A DNA stretch of 32,000 bases from Tepidanaerobacter acetatoxydans Re1. Its GTDB lineage: Bacteria > Bacillota > Thermosediminibacteria > Thermosediminibacterales > Tepidanaerobacteraceae. The notes beneath the pieces were generated by a model. It had not been told where the DNA came from, made no database searches, and was given only the letters and a program-made list of their open reading frames with translations. The translations under genes and the position numbers were made by a program. Location of the stretch: NCBI RefSeq assembly GCF_000328765.2, contig NC_019954.2:1624516-1656515 (forward strand), read 5' to 3'. This document shows, piece after piece, positions 21,721 to 31,102 of the stretch; positions within the stretch are counted from its first letter, which is position 1, and the number at the start of each line of letters is the position of its first letter.

Positions 21721-22287
21721 TCACAGCTTATAAAGTCGCTTGTACCACTTATAGGACTTTATTACCTTTGCAACAAAATTTCTGGTTTCCGAAAACGGAA
21801 TCTCGTCTATTGTTTTTTCTTCAAAACTACCTTGTGCTTGCCAATCGGCTACATTACCTCGACCACCGTTATATGCAGCCAAAGTTAAAATAATATCATC
21901 ATCAAATTCATTAAGCAGCGAGGCAAGATACCATGTTCCAATTCTTATATTAAGATCCGGGTTGTCAATATCTGATATATCAATATTTTGTATTCCCATT
22001 TTTTCTGCAGCCCAAAGAGCAGTTTCGGGCATTAACTGCATAAGACCTATGGCACCCTGTGTTGATACGGCTTTAGGCGAAAAATTGCTTTCGACTTTTA
22101 TTACTGATGCCACAAGATATGGATCAACGTTGTATTCTGTCGCATACCGAACAATGGATTCTTCATATTTAAGTGGATAAATGTACTTCATGAACCAATA
22201 TATATTATTGTATAAGGTAAAAATACCAATAATTATTATCAATATTGCTGCAGCTTTTTTAGACACAACTATGAAATTTCCCTCCAA
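21721..22287 (-). CDS. Membrane-anchored lytic transglycosylase (SLT domain)
   Basis: SLT catalytic motif VIKVESNFSPKAVSTQGAIGLMQLMPETA and AYNGGRGNV. N-terminal anchor AAAILIIIIGIFTLY. The start is uncertain: TTG at 22287 has no SD, and GTG at 22266 lies 13 nt after GGAGGG. Confidence 0.85.
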   Translation of the reverse strand: MEGNFIVVSKKAAAILIIIIGIFTLYNNIYWFMKYIYPLKYEESIVRYATEYNVDPYLVASVIKVESNFSPKAVSTQGAIGLMQLMPETALWAAEKMGIQNIDISDIDNPDLNIRIGTWYLASLLNEFDDDIILTLAAYNGGRGNVADWQAQGSFEEKTIDEIPFSETRNFVAKVIKSYKWYKRLYKL

Positions 22288-22871
22288 ATTTCATCTATCT
22301 GTTCCCTCGTTTCTTCTATGCCGGCATTATTGTCTATCACCCTATTTGCATATTTTAATTTTTCTTTTAATGGCATCTGAGACTTTATCCTATTTAAAGC
22401 TTGAGCATGAGCCATATCCTTTTCTCGCATTATTAATCTTTTTATCTGGGTTTTTTCATCAACAGCCACCAGCCACACTTCATCTACCAAGGCATCTAAA
22501 CCCGACTCCAAAAGCAGCGCCGCATCAATAACTATTACTTTTCTTCCAGCTTTTTTATAGTTTTCCAGTTGTTTTTTTATTTCTTTTAAAATTTCCGGAT
22601 GTGTAAGACTGTTCAGAGCCTCTAGCTGGATTCTATCTGAAAATACAATATCGGCAAGTTTTTTTCTATCTATATCGCTTTTATCATCATTTAATATCTG
22701 TTCTCCAAAATGATTTACTACATTAATCCATACAGGCTTACCCTTTGACATTATTTCTTTTGCTATTTCATCTGCATCTATTATAGCAGCACCTTTGTCC
22801 TTAAGCAATGACGATACTGTACTTTTCCCACTGGCTATGCCACCGGTAAGACCTACCACGGTCAAAGCCAT
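22269..22871 (-). CDS. coaE: Dephospho-CoA kinase
   Basis: P-loop VVGLTGGIASGKST at the N-terminus, with CoaE-type length and layout. The start is ambiguous. The track uses TTG at 22895. ATG at 22871 has GGAGG only 1 nt upstream. TTG at 22865 has the best SD spacing (MTVVGLTGG...). Confidence 0.9.
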   Translation of the reverse strand: MALTVVGLTGGIASGKSTVSSLLKDKGAAIIDADEIAKEIMSKGKPVWINVVNHFGEQILNDDKSDIDRKKLADIVFSDRIQLEALNSLTHPEILKEIKKQLENYKKAGRKVIVIDAALLLESGLDALVDEVWLVAVDEKTQIKRLIMREKDMAHAQALNRIKSQMPLKEKLKYANRVIDNNAGIEETREQIDEIWREIS

Positions 22872-22879
22872 CCCTCCTT

Positions 22880-25483
22880 CTACAGTTCTTCCCAATTATA
22901 ACCCTGTTTAAAATCCACTACAAGTGGTACCCTTAAAGGAATAGCATTTTCCATATGCTGCTTTAGTATCTCTTTAACAGCAGTAAGCTCTTCTTCGGGC
23001 ACATCTAAAATAAGTTCATCATGCACCTGTAAAAGAATCTTGGCCTTTAAATTGTTCTGTCTTAAATTATCATGTACTTTGACCATGGCTATTTTGATTA
23101 TATCGGCAGCACTGCCTTGAATGGGTGTATTTACAGCCGTCCGTTCTGCAAAGGATCGCAGGTGATAATTTCGACTATTGATGTCAGGAATATAGCGGCG
23201 GCGATTAAGCAGTGTGGTAACATATCCTAAGGCTTTGGCCGACCTTATGGTTTCCCTTATATAGTCTCTCACTCCCGGATATCTTGCAAAATACGCATCT
23301 ATATATTCCTTTGCTTCTTGGTTCGATATTCCTAAGTTTTGAGCCAGACCATAATCACTTATTCCATAAATTATTCCAAAGTTTACTGCCTTTGCCTTAT
23401 CTCTTAGCAATGGAGTTACTTCTTCCGGTGGCACGCCAAAAACCTCACTGGCTGTACGCCTATGGATGTCCTCACCGCTAACAAAAGCTTCAATCAAACC
23501 GGGGTCTTGTGACATATGTGCCAAAACTCTAAGCTCAATCTGGGAGTAATCTCCGGATAAAAGCACATGACCGGGCCCGTCAGACGTAAAAACTCCGCGA
23601 ATATGCTTGCCTTCTTCGGTTTTTACAGGTATGTTTTGAAGATTTGGTTCTGTGCTGCTGATACGCCCTGTAGATGTCACCGTTTGATTAAAGCTTGTAT
23701 AAATCCTGCCTGTCTTTTTATCCACCAAAGCAGAAAGCCCATCAGCATAAGTAGATTTCATCTTCATTAAAAAACGGTATTCTAAAATCTTTTCTATTAT
23801 AGGATGGGACGGTCTTAATTTTTCTAAAACTTCAGCATCGGTAGAGTAGCCTGTCTTAGTTCTTTTGATAACAGGCAATGAAAGTTTTTCGAATAATATT
23901 TCACCAAGCTGTTTAGGTGAATTTATATTAAATTCTGTACCAGCTAAATCATATATCTCTTCGGTCAAAGCAGCAAGTTTTTTGCCAAATCTTTCAGACA
24001 GCTCTTGCAGCTTGGCAAAATCCACCTTTATTCCTGCATGTTCCATATCTGCTAAAACAACGCTAAATGGCATTTCAACCTCATAAAAGAGTTTATCCAT
24101 TAAACAATCCTTTATTTTCTCATCCATGATTTTCTTGAGTTCAAAAAGATATGATGTCTTTTCATCAAAACTGGGAATATCCGACATCGTCTTTCCTAAA
24201 TATTCCATAACAAGTATCGGTATATCATAACGAGGTTTTGATGATTCCAAAAGGTAGGCAGCTAACATAGTGTCAAACTGGCACCTGAAATCTATGCCTA
24301 ACTGTCTCAAAACATTTCTTGTAAATTTACCGTCATGAGTGATTTTATATATAGCAGTATCTTCTAAAATTTGCTTTAAAAATGAAATACTGCTATTTTC
24401 TTTCAATAATTTATGACTAATGAAATAACACTTATTTTCCACTGAAATATATATACCATCTGTTGCATATGATACCAAGTCTTTTTTTTCAGCATCGACA
24501 AGAACCGCAATATTTTTTGAGGAGTTAATTTTTTTCACTAATTTCTGCAGTGCATTATTGTCTTCAATATTTTGCGTCGTCTCAGTATCAAACTCTTTCG
24601 TATCTATAGAATTTGCAGGTATTTTGACCCTGTCAATTAAACTGTAAAACTCCAGATCCCTAAATAAGTTTATCAATTTATCATAATCCGGTTCACAGTA
24701 AACAATATCGTCAGGGTTGAATTCCAAAGGGACATCTCTAACAATTGTAGCTAGGTATTTACTCGCTTCAGCTTGTTCGGCATATTTTTCTAAATTTTCT
24801 CTGACCTTACCTTTTAGCTTATCAGTATTCTTTAAAACATTATCTAATGTTTTAAATTCCTGAATCAACTTTGCAGCAGTTTTTTCACCTACTCCCGGCA
24901 CTCCAGGTATATTGTCGGATTTATCTCCCATCAAACCCTTCATATCGGCTACAGCTTCCGGGCGTATGCCATACCTTGATTTTACCTTTTCCGTGTCATA
25001 GGTTTCCATTTCGGAAATGCCTTTTTTCGTAAGTAGAACATTGGTATTTGAAGAAACTAACTGCAAAGCATCCTTATCGCCAGTTACAATTATGGAAAAA
25101 ATACCTTCCTGCTCTCCTTTTTTTGAAATTGTCCCCAATATATCATCTGCCTCGAAACCATCTGCTTCAATAAAATTAATGTTAAGTGCTTTTAGTATTT
25201 CTTTCAAAATGTCAAACTGCCCTATTAACTCATCAGGAGTCTTAGGCCTTGTAGCTTTATAAGCCGCATATTCGTCATGTCTGAATGTTGGACCTTTTTT
25301 ATCAAAAGCTACCGTTACATAATCCGGATTTTCTTCTTGTAAGATTCTAAATAACATATTAAGAAAACCATATACCGCATTAGTATGCACACCCTTGGAC
25401 GTTCTCAGGGGCGGTAGTGCATGAAAAGCTCTGTGAAGTAAACTATTTCCGTCAATCAATAGCATTTTCTTCATACTACTCAA
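22880..25483 (-). CDS. polA: DNA polymerase I
   Basis: 867 aa. 5' nuclease domain (LLIDGNSLLHRAFHA, GDKSDNIPGVPGVGEKTA). Central exonuclease-like domain. Family A polymerase motifs (DYSQIELRVLAH, RDKAKAVNFGIIYG, QVHDELILDV). Confidence 0.97.
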   Translation of the reverse strand: MSSMKKMLLIDGNSLLHRAFHALPPLRTSKGVHTNAVYGFLNMLFRILQEENPDYVTVAFDKKGPTFRHDEYAAYKATRPKTPDELIGQFDILKEILKALNINFIEADGFEADDILGTISKKGEQEGIFSIIVTGDKDALQLVSSNTNVLLTKKGISEMETYDTEKVKSRYGIRPEAVADMKGLMGDKSDNIPGVPGVGEKTAAKLIQEFKTLDNVLKNTDKLKGKVRENLEKYAEQAEASKYLATIVRDVPLEFNPDDIVYCEPDYDKLINLFRDLEFYSLIDRVKIPANSIDTKEFDTETTQNIEDNNALQKLVKKINSSKNIAVLVDAEKKDLVSYATDGIYISVENKCYFISHKLLKENSSISFLKQILEDTAIYKITHDGKFTRNVLRQLGIDFRCQFDTMLAAYLLESSKPRYDIPILVMEYLGKTMSDIPSFDEKTSYLFELKKIMDEKIKDCLMDKLFYEVEMPFSVVLADMEHAGIKVDFAKLQELSERFGKKLAALTEEIYDLAGTEFNINSPKQLGEILFEKLSLPVIKRTKTGYSTDAEVLEKLRPSHPIIEKILEYRFLMKMKSTYADGLSALVDKKTGRIYTSFNQTVTSTGRISSTEPNLQNIPVKTEEGKHIRGVFTSDGPGHVLLSGDYSQIELRVLAHMSQDPGLIEAFVSGEDIHRRTASEVFGVPPEEVTPLLRDKAKAVNFGIIYGISDYGLAQNLGISNQEAKEYIDAYFARYPGVRDYIRETIRSAKALGYVTTLLNRRRYIPDINSRNYHLRSFAERTAVNTPIQGSAADIIKIAMVKVHDNLRQNNLKAKILLQVHDELILDVPEEELTAVKEILKQHMENAIPLRVPLVVDFKQGYNWEEL

Positions 25484-25534
25484 CTCCTATTTTACTACTA
25501 TTATTTCACCAAAAATTATTAAAAACCTGCAAGG

Positions 25535-25567
25535 AAACAAAAAAATCCCTATATCTTTAGGGATTTA
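25535..25567 (-). terminator. Rho-independent terminator after the sigma/anti-sigma operon
   Basis: Minus strand reads AAATCCCTA-aagata-TAGGGATTT followed by TTTTTTGTTT. It starts 4 nt after the stop at 25571. Confidence 0.75.
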
Positions 25568-25570
25568 AGG

Positions 25571-26872
25571 CTAGCCTTTCTTTTTTCGACTAGTAAATCT
25601 TTTAATAATCGAGTAAATGCATTTAAACAAAACACCTGCTGCAATTGCTATGGGCAGCAAGGCCCCAACAACTTCCGCTAAAGATACCAATATATTTAAT
25701 AAAAAGTTTATCGCTATGATAAAACCTTGCTTCGCTCTTCGAAACAATTCCTGTAAATTTAATGTGCCAAGTTTTTCTTTCGAAGGTTCCTGTTCAATTA
25801 AATTTAAATTTACAAGAGACATTTCCACCATCTTATCCCACGCAACAAGTTGACCCGTCAGTGTATCAATATCTGTTCTTACACGATTGAGTTCATTTTC
25901 TATTTTTAATACTTCGTCGACACTTTTTGCCATTTGCAATATTTCAAGAAGCCTTTGTTCTTGCTGCTCAAGATTACGAACTCTTGCGGCTGTATCATAA
26001 TATGCCTCGGTAATGTTCTCTCCGCCTATGTGCTGGCTGCTGACTTTTCCCATAGCTTTGAACATATCTAAAGCTTTTGTTAGTTCCGCTTGAGGTATTC
26101 TTATAGTAATATAAGCTCTCCGGGATGAGTCGGCGGATACTGAACCGTCTATTTGGCTGCTTTCTATATAGCCTCCTAATTCATCGACAAAATTTATAAT
26201 TTTATCGACTTTTTCATCAAAATTCTCTACATATATAGATATGTCGGCATTTTTAATGATTTTTTGTTCTCTTTCCTTAGCGGCAAATGTCTTCAAACTC
26301 CGCCCTGATGTGTTCACATCTTGGGCTCCATCAAAACTTTCATTTTCGACCTGAGCCTCACCGCTCCTCATCTCATAAGGTTCGGCAGCAGGTGCTGAAA
26401 TCTGCGGTGCTTCATCCTTTATACTGTTTTTAGTATAATTCATACTAAGAATTCCCATTTTGGATAAAGTAACCACAAATACACCGATGATAAGTACGCT
26501 CATCACCGCAGTAAATGCCTTCTTGTTATAATAATATGAATTTGATATAAATGCGGGAATACTTCTTAAAAATCGTATAAAACGCGATGATTTATCAACC
26601 GGTCTTTGCTCGGAAGCAATGCTGTTAATTTTTTCCATTAGGTTGGGTGCAAAATTTGGTGGCAACTCAACTTGTTCCAAAGAACCGGCTGCTTTTATTA
26701 TTTGTTGAAGTTCTTTTACTTCTTGCCGGCAATCAGAGCAGACTTTTATATGTTCTTCTAAAATATTCTTTTCTTCAGCAGTTACCAGGCCTTCTACATA
26801 TTTATCAATCAAATCTTCGTAAATTTTGCATGCCACGTTGCTTCCCCCCTTTTTATAAAATTTAGACGTCAT
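25571..26872 (-). CDS. Membrane anti-sigma factor: N-terminal zinc-binding anti-sigma (ZAS, zf-HC2) domain fused to an extracytoplasmic DUF4349-like coiled-coil domain with C-terminal helices
   Basis: 433 aa. ZAS signature C15-x25-H41-x3-C45-x2-C48 (ACKIYEDL...EEHIKVCSDC). Transmembrane helix around residues 120-143. Coiled-coil-rich region (RVRNLEQQEQRLLEILQ...ENELNRVRTDIDTLTGQL). C-terminal hydrophobic hairpin. Start overlaps the sigma gene stop. Confidence 0.75.
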   Translation of the reverse strand: MTSKFYKKGGSNVACKIYEDLIDKYVEGLVTAEEKNILEEHIKVCSDCRQEVKELQQIIKAAGSLEQVELPPNFAPNLMEKINSIASEQRPVDKSSRFIRFLRSIPAFISNSYYYNKKAFTAVMSVLIIGVFVVTLSKMGILSMNYTKNSIKDEAPQISAPAAEPYEMRSGEAQVENESFDGAQDVNTSGRSLKTFAAKEREQKIIKNADISIYVENFDEKVDKIINFVDELGGYIESSQIDGSVSADSSRRAYITIRIPQAELTKALDMFKAMGKVSSQHIGGENITEAYYDTAARVRNLEQQEQRLLEILQMAKSVDEVLKIENELNRVRTDIDTLTGQLVAWDKMVEMSLVNLNLIEQEPSKEKLGTLNLQELFRRAKQGFIIAINFLLNILVSLAEVVGALLPIAIAAGVLFKCIYSIIKRFTSRKKKG

Positions 26873-27438
26873 TTGCTAAAAAAAAGTTCCGGATCTTTAA
26901 GGTTTTCTTTTAAAGCCCGGCGGCCCCTGAATAATCTTGATTTTACTGTACCGAGGGAGCATGATAGTATATCGCTGATTTCAGTATAGCTGAAGCCTTG
27001 GACATCCCTTAATATAATACATATTCGCTGTTCTTCCGGTAAGGTGCTTATTGCTTTCATAATGGCTTGCTTAGTCTCTTGCTTTTCCACAAATTCTTCC
27101 GGCAATTCAGTTTGAAATCCTAACTTTATTTTATCATCCATGGCTATTTCCTCTTTTATAGGAAAAACATCCTCTCTCTTTTTCCTTAAAAAATCTATGC
27201 ACGTATTTACCGCAATACGATACAGCCATGTTGAGAAACTTGAATCTTCCCTGAATCTACGAAGGGAGGTAAATATTTTTATGAAAATCTCCTGACTTAC
27301 ATCCATAGCATCTTCTGCGTTATTAAAAAATCGATAAGCAGTATTGTATACCTTCTTCTCATACCCGGAAATTAGGTCTTCAAAAGCTGAAATATCGCCT
27401 CTCTTAGCCCGGCGTACGAGGTCTTTTTCTGCACTCAA
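26869..27438 (-). CDS. ECF-type RNA polymerase sigma-70 family factor
   Basis: 189 aa. Region 2 (DVSQEIFIKIFTSLRRFREDSSFSTWLYRIAVNTCIDFLRKK) and region 4 (LPEEQRICIILRDVQGFSYTEISDILSCSLGTVKSRLFRGRRAL). TTG start with GGGGAGGG 11 nt upstream. Confidence 0.9.
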   Translation of the reverse strand: MSAEKDLVRRAKRGDISAFEDLISGYEKKVYNTAYRFFNNAEDAMDVSQEIFIKIFTSLRRFREDSSFSTWLYRIAVNTCIDFLRKKREDVFPIKEEIAMDDKIKLGFQTELPEEFVEKQETKQAIMKAISTLPEEQRICIILRDVQGFSYTEISDILSCSLGTVKSRLFRGRRALKENLKDPELFFSK

Positions 27439-27593
27439 TTTGTAATATGCCCTCCCCTCACTTTATTCTTCTAGATATTCGACTCTAGTATTTAAAATTC
27501 CTTCAAAGAATTTATATTGTCACAGCTTACGAGAAAATTATTTAGAATTCTTCCTAATCTCTCGATTCAGGTAAATCTTGAATTTTTCGGTAA

Positions 27594-28298
27594 TTAAACC
27601 CCACCTAAATAAGCCTTCAATACCTTGTCATTTTGAAGAAGTTCTTCTCCGGTTCCGGTAAGTGTTATTGTTCCGGTTTCAAGGACATAAGCATAATCTG
27701 CTATTTTTAAAGCCATACGGGCATTTTGTTCGATTAAAAGAATGGTTACCCCATCATCATGAATCTTTTTTATTACTGAAAAAACATCCTTTACAAGTAT
27801 TGGTGCAAGCCCCAATGACGGTTCATCCAACATTAAAAGCTTTGGCCTTGACATTAAAGCCCTGCCCAAGGCCAGCATCTGCTGCTCACCACCTGAAAGT
27901 GTACCTGCCATCTGAGTTTCCCTTTCTTTGAGCCGCGGGAAAATTGAATAGACCCATTCCATGTCTTTTTTTACGTTTTCTTTATCTTTTCTTGTATAAG
28001 CACCCAAAATCAGATTTTCATATATTGTCAAATCACTAAATACCCTTCTGCCTTCGGGAACCATGGTTATTCCCATCTTTACAATATCTTTTGTAGGTAT
28101 TTTGGAAATGTCTTGACCCATAAATGCTACATTGCCGGTTTTCTTAACTAGATTGCATATTGCTCTAAGAGAGGAGCTCTTACCGGCACCATTTGCACCT
28201 ATAAGTGTTACGATACTTCCTTCAGGAACATTAAAATCGATGCCTCTTACCGCATGAATACCACCGTATCTTACATTCAGATTTTTTACTTCAAGCAT
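27594..28298 (-). CDS. livF: Branched-chain amino acid ABC transporter ATP-binding protein (LivF type)
   Basis: 234 aa. Walker A GANGAGKSS, signature LSGGEQQML, Walker B LLMLDEPS. Last gene of the liv-type operon. Confidence 0.9.
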   Translation of the reverse strand: MLEVKNLNVRYGGIHAVRGIDFNVPEGSIVTLIGANGAGKSSSLRAICNLVKKTGNVAFMGQDISKIPTKDIVKMGITMVPEGRRVFSDLTIYENLILGAYTRKDKENVKKDMEWVYSIFPRLKERETQMAGTLSGGEQQMLALGRALMSRPKLLMLDEPSLGLAPILVKDVFSVIKKIHDDGVTILLIEQNARMALKIADYAYVLETGTITLTGTGEELLQNDKVLKAYLGGV

Positions 28299-29061
28299 CC
28301 AACTCCACCCCCAGATATGCTTCTATAACCTTCTGATTGTTTTGAACTTCATCAGGCGTGCCTTCAGCTATGGTTATTCCATGATCAAGTACTAGAATTC
28401 TTTCACAAATCCCCATAACTACTTGCATATGATGTTCAATAAGCAAAATTGTCAAGTTAAATTTATCCCGGATTTGTTTCAAAAACTCCATTAACTCTTC
28501 CGATTCCTTGGGATTCATTCCGGCAGCCGGTTCATCCAGCAAAAGAAGTTTGGGGCGGGTTGCAAGAGCCCGTGCTATTTCCAAATGTCTTTGTTGACCA
28601 TATGGCAACGAACTTGCCTTTTCATTAAGGTATTCCGTGAGATTTACTTTTTCCAGCAGTTCAAGTGTCTGATCTCTCATCATTTTTTCTTCTCTATTAT
28701 ATTTAGGTGTTCGAAAGGTTGCATCAATAAAACTCGATTTTATTCTAAGATGATGGCCTACCAGAACATTTTCAAAAACAGACATGTTTTCAAAAAGTCG
28801 TATATTTTGAAACGTCCTTGCCACTCCGAGTTTTGTTATTTTATCCGGTAAAAGTCTAGTAATATCGTTTCCTTGAAACATTATACTTCCGGATGTAGGA
28901 ACATATATTCCGGTTATGGCGTTGAAGGCGGTAGTCTTGCCTGCACCGTTTGGACCAATTAAGCCTACTATTTCACCCTCTTTTAGATTTAATGAAAAAT
29001 TAGAAACTGCGGTTAAACCTCCGAATTTAATGGTTATTTTATTGACTTCCAAAATTGCCAC
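28291..29061 (-). CDS. livG: Branched-chain amino acid ABC transporter ATP-binding protein (LivG type)
   Basis: Walker A GPNGAGKTT, LPYGQQRHLEIARAL, Walker B LLLLDEPAAG. The preferred start is GTG at 29061 (SD AAAGGAGAG, 8-nt spacer; MAILEVNKITIKFGG). The track ORF extends to 29124 inside livM. Confidence 0.9.
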   Translation of the reverse strand: MAILEVNKITIKFGGLTAVSNFSLNLKEGEIVGLIGPNGAGKTTAFNAITGIYVPTSGSIMFQGNDITRLLPDKITKLGVARTFQNIRLFENMSVFENVLVGHHLRIKSSFIDATFRTPKYNREEKMMRDQTLELLEKVNLTEYLNEKASSLPYGQQRHLEIARALATRPKLLLLDEPAAGMNPKESEELMEFLKQIRDKFNLTILLIEHHMQVVMGICERILVLDHGITIAEGTPDEVQNNQKVIEAYLGVELDA

Positions 29062-30103
29062 GATGACCGCTCTCCTTTCCCAGCAGCATATCCCATGATA
29101 TTTCATTCTCACCCATGATCCCATGCCTCAGAAACAATACTACCAGAATCAAAAGAATAGCAAAAACCACCATCCTCATTCCGGAAATTCCGGGTAAGCT
29201 TATAAATCCTAAATCCATGGGTGATTCTACTACTCGAAGCAATTCCATCAGAACCGTTATTATGCATGCCGAAATAACTGATCCCGTAATACTCCCCATA
29301 CCGCCAAGAACAACCATCAATAAAATCTGATATGTGAAGAAAAATCTAAACATGGTAGGATCTATTGTGGAATTCAGATTTGCAAGGAGAGCGCCGCCAA
29401 TACCTGCTATAAATGCGCTTATAGTAAATGATAGTGTCTTATGATTAAAAAGATTAATACCCATAGCCTGTGCAGCTATTTCATCTTCACGTATGGCTTT
29501 AAAGGCTCTACCATAGCTGGAATTTACTAATGATTTTAATCCTAAAATAATTACAATAGCTACACCCCAACTCCAATATTGGTCGGTATATTGAGGTATT
29601 CCTTTTAAACCCAGGGCACCATTAGTAATCGTCTGGGTATTTGTAAATACAACTGAGATTATTTCTCCAAAACCCAATGTCGCAATAGCCAGATAATCAC
29701 CCTTCAGCTTTAATACCGGTGCACCAATCAGAAACCCAACTAAGGCCGACAAAATACCGGCTATGAGCAGCGCAAAGAAAAAGTGGACATTGATATTTAA
29801 CAGCATTGGGTTTATAGGCTGCATGAAAAAATTCATGGTTTTTATACCCGGAGGCATTGTCAAAAGAGCACTGGTATATGCCCCGATAGCCATAAATCCG
29901 GCTGTACCTAAAGAGAAAAGGCCTGTAAATCCATTAGTTAGATTTAAACTCAGTGCAAGAATGCTATTTATCGCACAAAGATTAAATATTCTCATCACAT
30001 AGGCATCCAAATGGGTTTTAGTCCAAGATAAAAAAATAAAAAAAGCTGCTATCAGAACAGTGGTTAAAATAGCATTTCGATATTTTTTAGCCATATTTTT
30101 CAC
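29039..30103 (-). CDS. livM: Branched-chain amino acid ABC transporter permease (LivM type)
   Basis: About 350 aa polytopic permease in the LivH-LivM-LivG-LivF order. The start is GTG at 30103 or ATG at 30094 (SD AGGTGA). Confidence 0.9.
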   Translation of the reverse strand: MKNMAKKYRNAILTTVLIAAFFIFLSWTKTHLDAYVMRIFNLCAINSILALSLNLTNGFTGLFSLGTAGFMAIGAYTSALLTMPPGIKTMNFFMQPINPMLLNINVHFFFALLIAGILSALVGFLIGAPVLKLKGDYLAIATLGFGEIISVVFTNTQTITNGALGLKGIPQYTDQYWSWGVAIVIILGLKSLVNSSYGRAFKAIREDEIAAQAMGINLFNHKTLSFTISAFIAGIGGALLANLNSTIDPTMFRFFFTYQILLMVVLGGMGSITGSVISACIITVLMELLRVVESPMDLGFISLPGISGMRMVVFAILLILVVLFLRHGIMGENEISWDMLLGKESGHRGNFGSQ

Positions 30104-30997
30104 CTACACCTTCTCTGCCACTTTCTCACCCAAGATACCGGTGGGCTTAAACAGCAGAATTACTATCAAAATAATGAATGCAAATGCATCCCTATATCCC
30201 GAAAGACCAGGCAAAAAAGCTACAAGCAAGATTTCTCCAAGACCCAAAAGGAATCCCCCAAGCATAGCTCCCGGAATATTTCCGATACCGCCTACAACTG
30301 CAGCAATGAAGCACTTGAGTCCGGGCATAATACCTATGAGCGGATGAATCTGAGGATATTTTAACGCCCACATGATGCCGCCTACCGCTGCCAAGGCAGA
30401 ACCGATTCCAAACGTGAATGATATTATTGCATCCACATCTATGCCCATGAGCTTGGCAGTATCCATGTCTTTGGAACATGCTCTCATTGCCATTCCGGTT
30501 ACGGTATGGTTGACAATATACACCATACCGAACAATAAGATTGCAGAAATTATAGGTATAATTATGCCAAGACTTGTGATTGAAACACCTGATATGTTGA
30601 TAACACCTTTAAAAATAGGTGGTACGTAAAATGCTTTTGCGCGGCCTCCAAACACTACCAAACCCATGTTTTCTAAAAAAAACGAAACCCCGATAGCTGA
30701 AATTAATACAGAAATTCTCGGTGCCTCTCTTAATGGCTTATACGCGGCCTTTTCTATGACTATGCCGACCAATACTGTAAGTGCAATAGAAACTATGACT
30801 GCAAGCCACCACGGAAGTGAAAACATCCCTACGCCAAAAAATACAAAATATGCCGCCAGCATGATTATATCACCATGAGCGAAGTTTATAAGTCTTACAA
30901 TTCCATATACCATAGTATATCCTATGGCGATAAGGGCGTAGAGGCTTCCAAGAGAAATACCATTGACAAGATGCTGGAAAAAAAGTCCCGCTGTCAT
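30104..30997 (-). CDS. livH: Branched-chain amino acid ABC transporter permease (LivH type)
   Basis: LivH-type N-terminus FFQHLVNGISLGSLYALIAIGYTMVYGIVRLINFAHGD. The preferred start is ATG at 30997 (GGAGG, 8-nt spacer) rather than 31018. Confidence 0.9.
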   Translation of the reverse strand: MTAGLFFQHLVNGISLGSLYALIAIGYTMVYGIVRLINFAHGDIIMLAAYFVFFGVGMFSLPWWLAVIVSIALTVLVGIVIEKAAYKPLREAPRISVLISAIGVSFFLENMGLVVFGGRAKAFYVPPIFKGVINISGVSITSLGIIIPIISAILLFGMVYIVNHTVTGMAMRACSKDMDTAKLMGIDVDAIISFTFGIGSALAAVGGIMWALKYPQIHPLIGIMPGLKCFIAAVVGGIGNIPGAMLGGFLLGLGEILLVAFLPGLSGYRDAFAFIILIVILLFKPTGILGEKVAEKV

Positions 30998-31021
30998 ATG
31001 AAAAACCTCCAGTTTCATGAA

Positions 31022-31045
31022 TCTGCCCGGGATATCCCGGGCAGA
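31022..31045 (-). promoter_or_regulatory. Intercistronic GC-rich palindrome/stem-loop between livJ and livH
   Basis: TCTGCCCGGGAT|ATCCCGGGCAGA is a perfect 24-nt palindrome. It lies 57 nt after the livJ stop and immediately before the livH SD. No U-tract follows it on the mRNA strand. Confidence 0.6.
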
Positions 31046-31102
31046 GCTATTTTATTTTATTGTATAAAGGTTTGCCGAGTTTGATTTTAAAAAATCTTAC
31101 GT

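Noticed and set aside
23972-23987. TGGCAA-AAAAC-TTGCT sigma-54-like match on the minus strand
   Set aside because: It lies in the middle of the polA coding sequence, with position 6 off-consensus and nothing to regulate downstream except polA itself.
28603-28618. TGGCAA-CGAAC-TTGCC sigma-54-like match on the plus strand
   Set aside because: It lies inside livG and antisense to it. It is off-consensus at two positions and is most likely a chance match.
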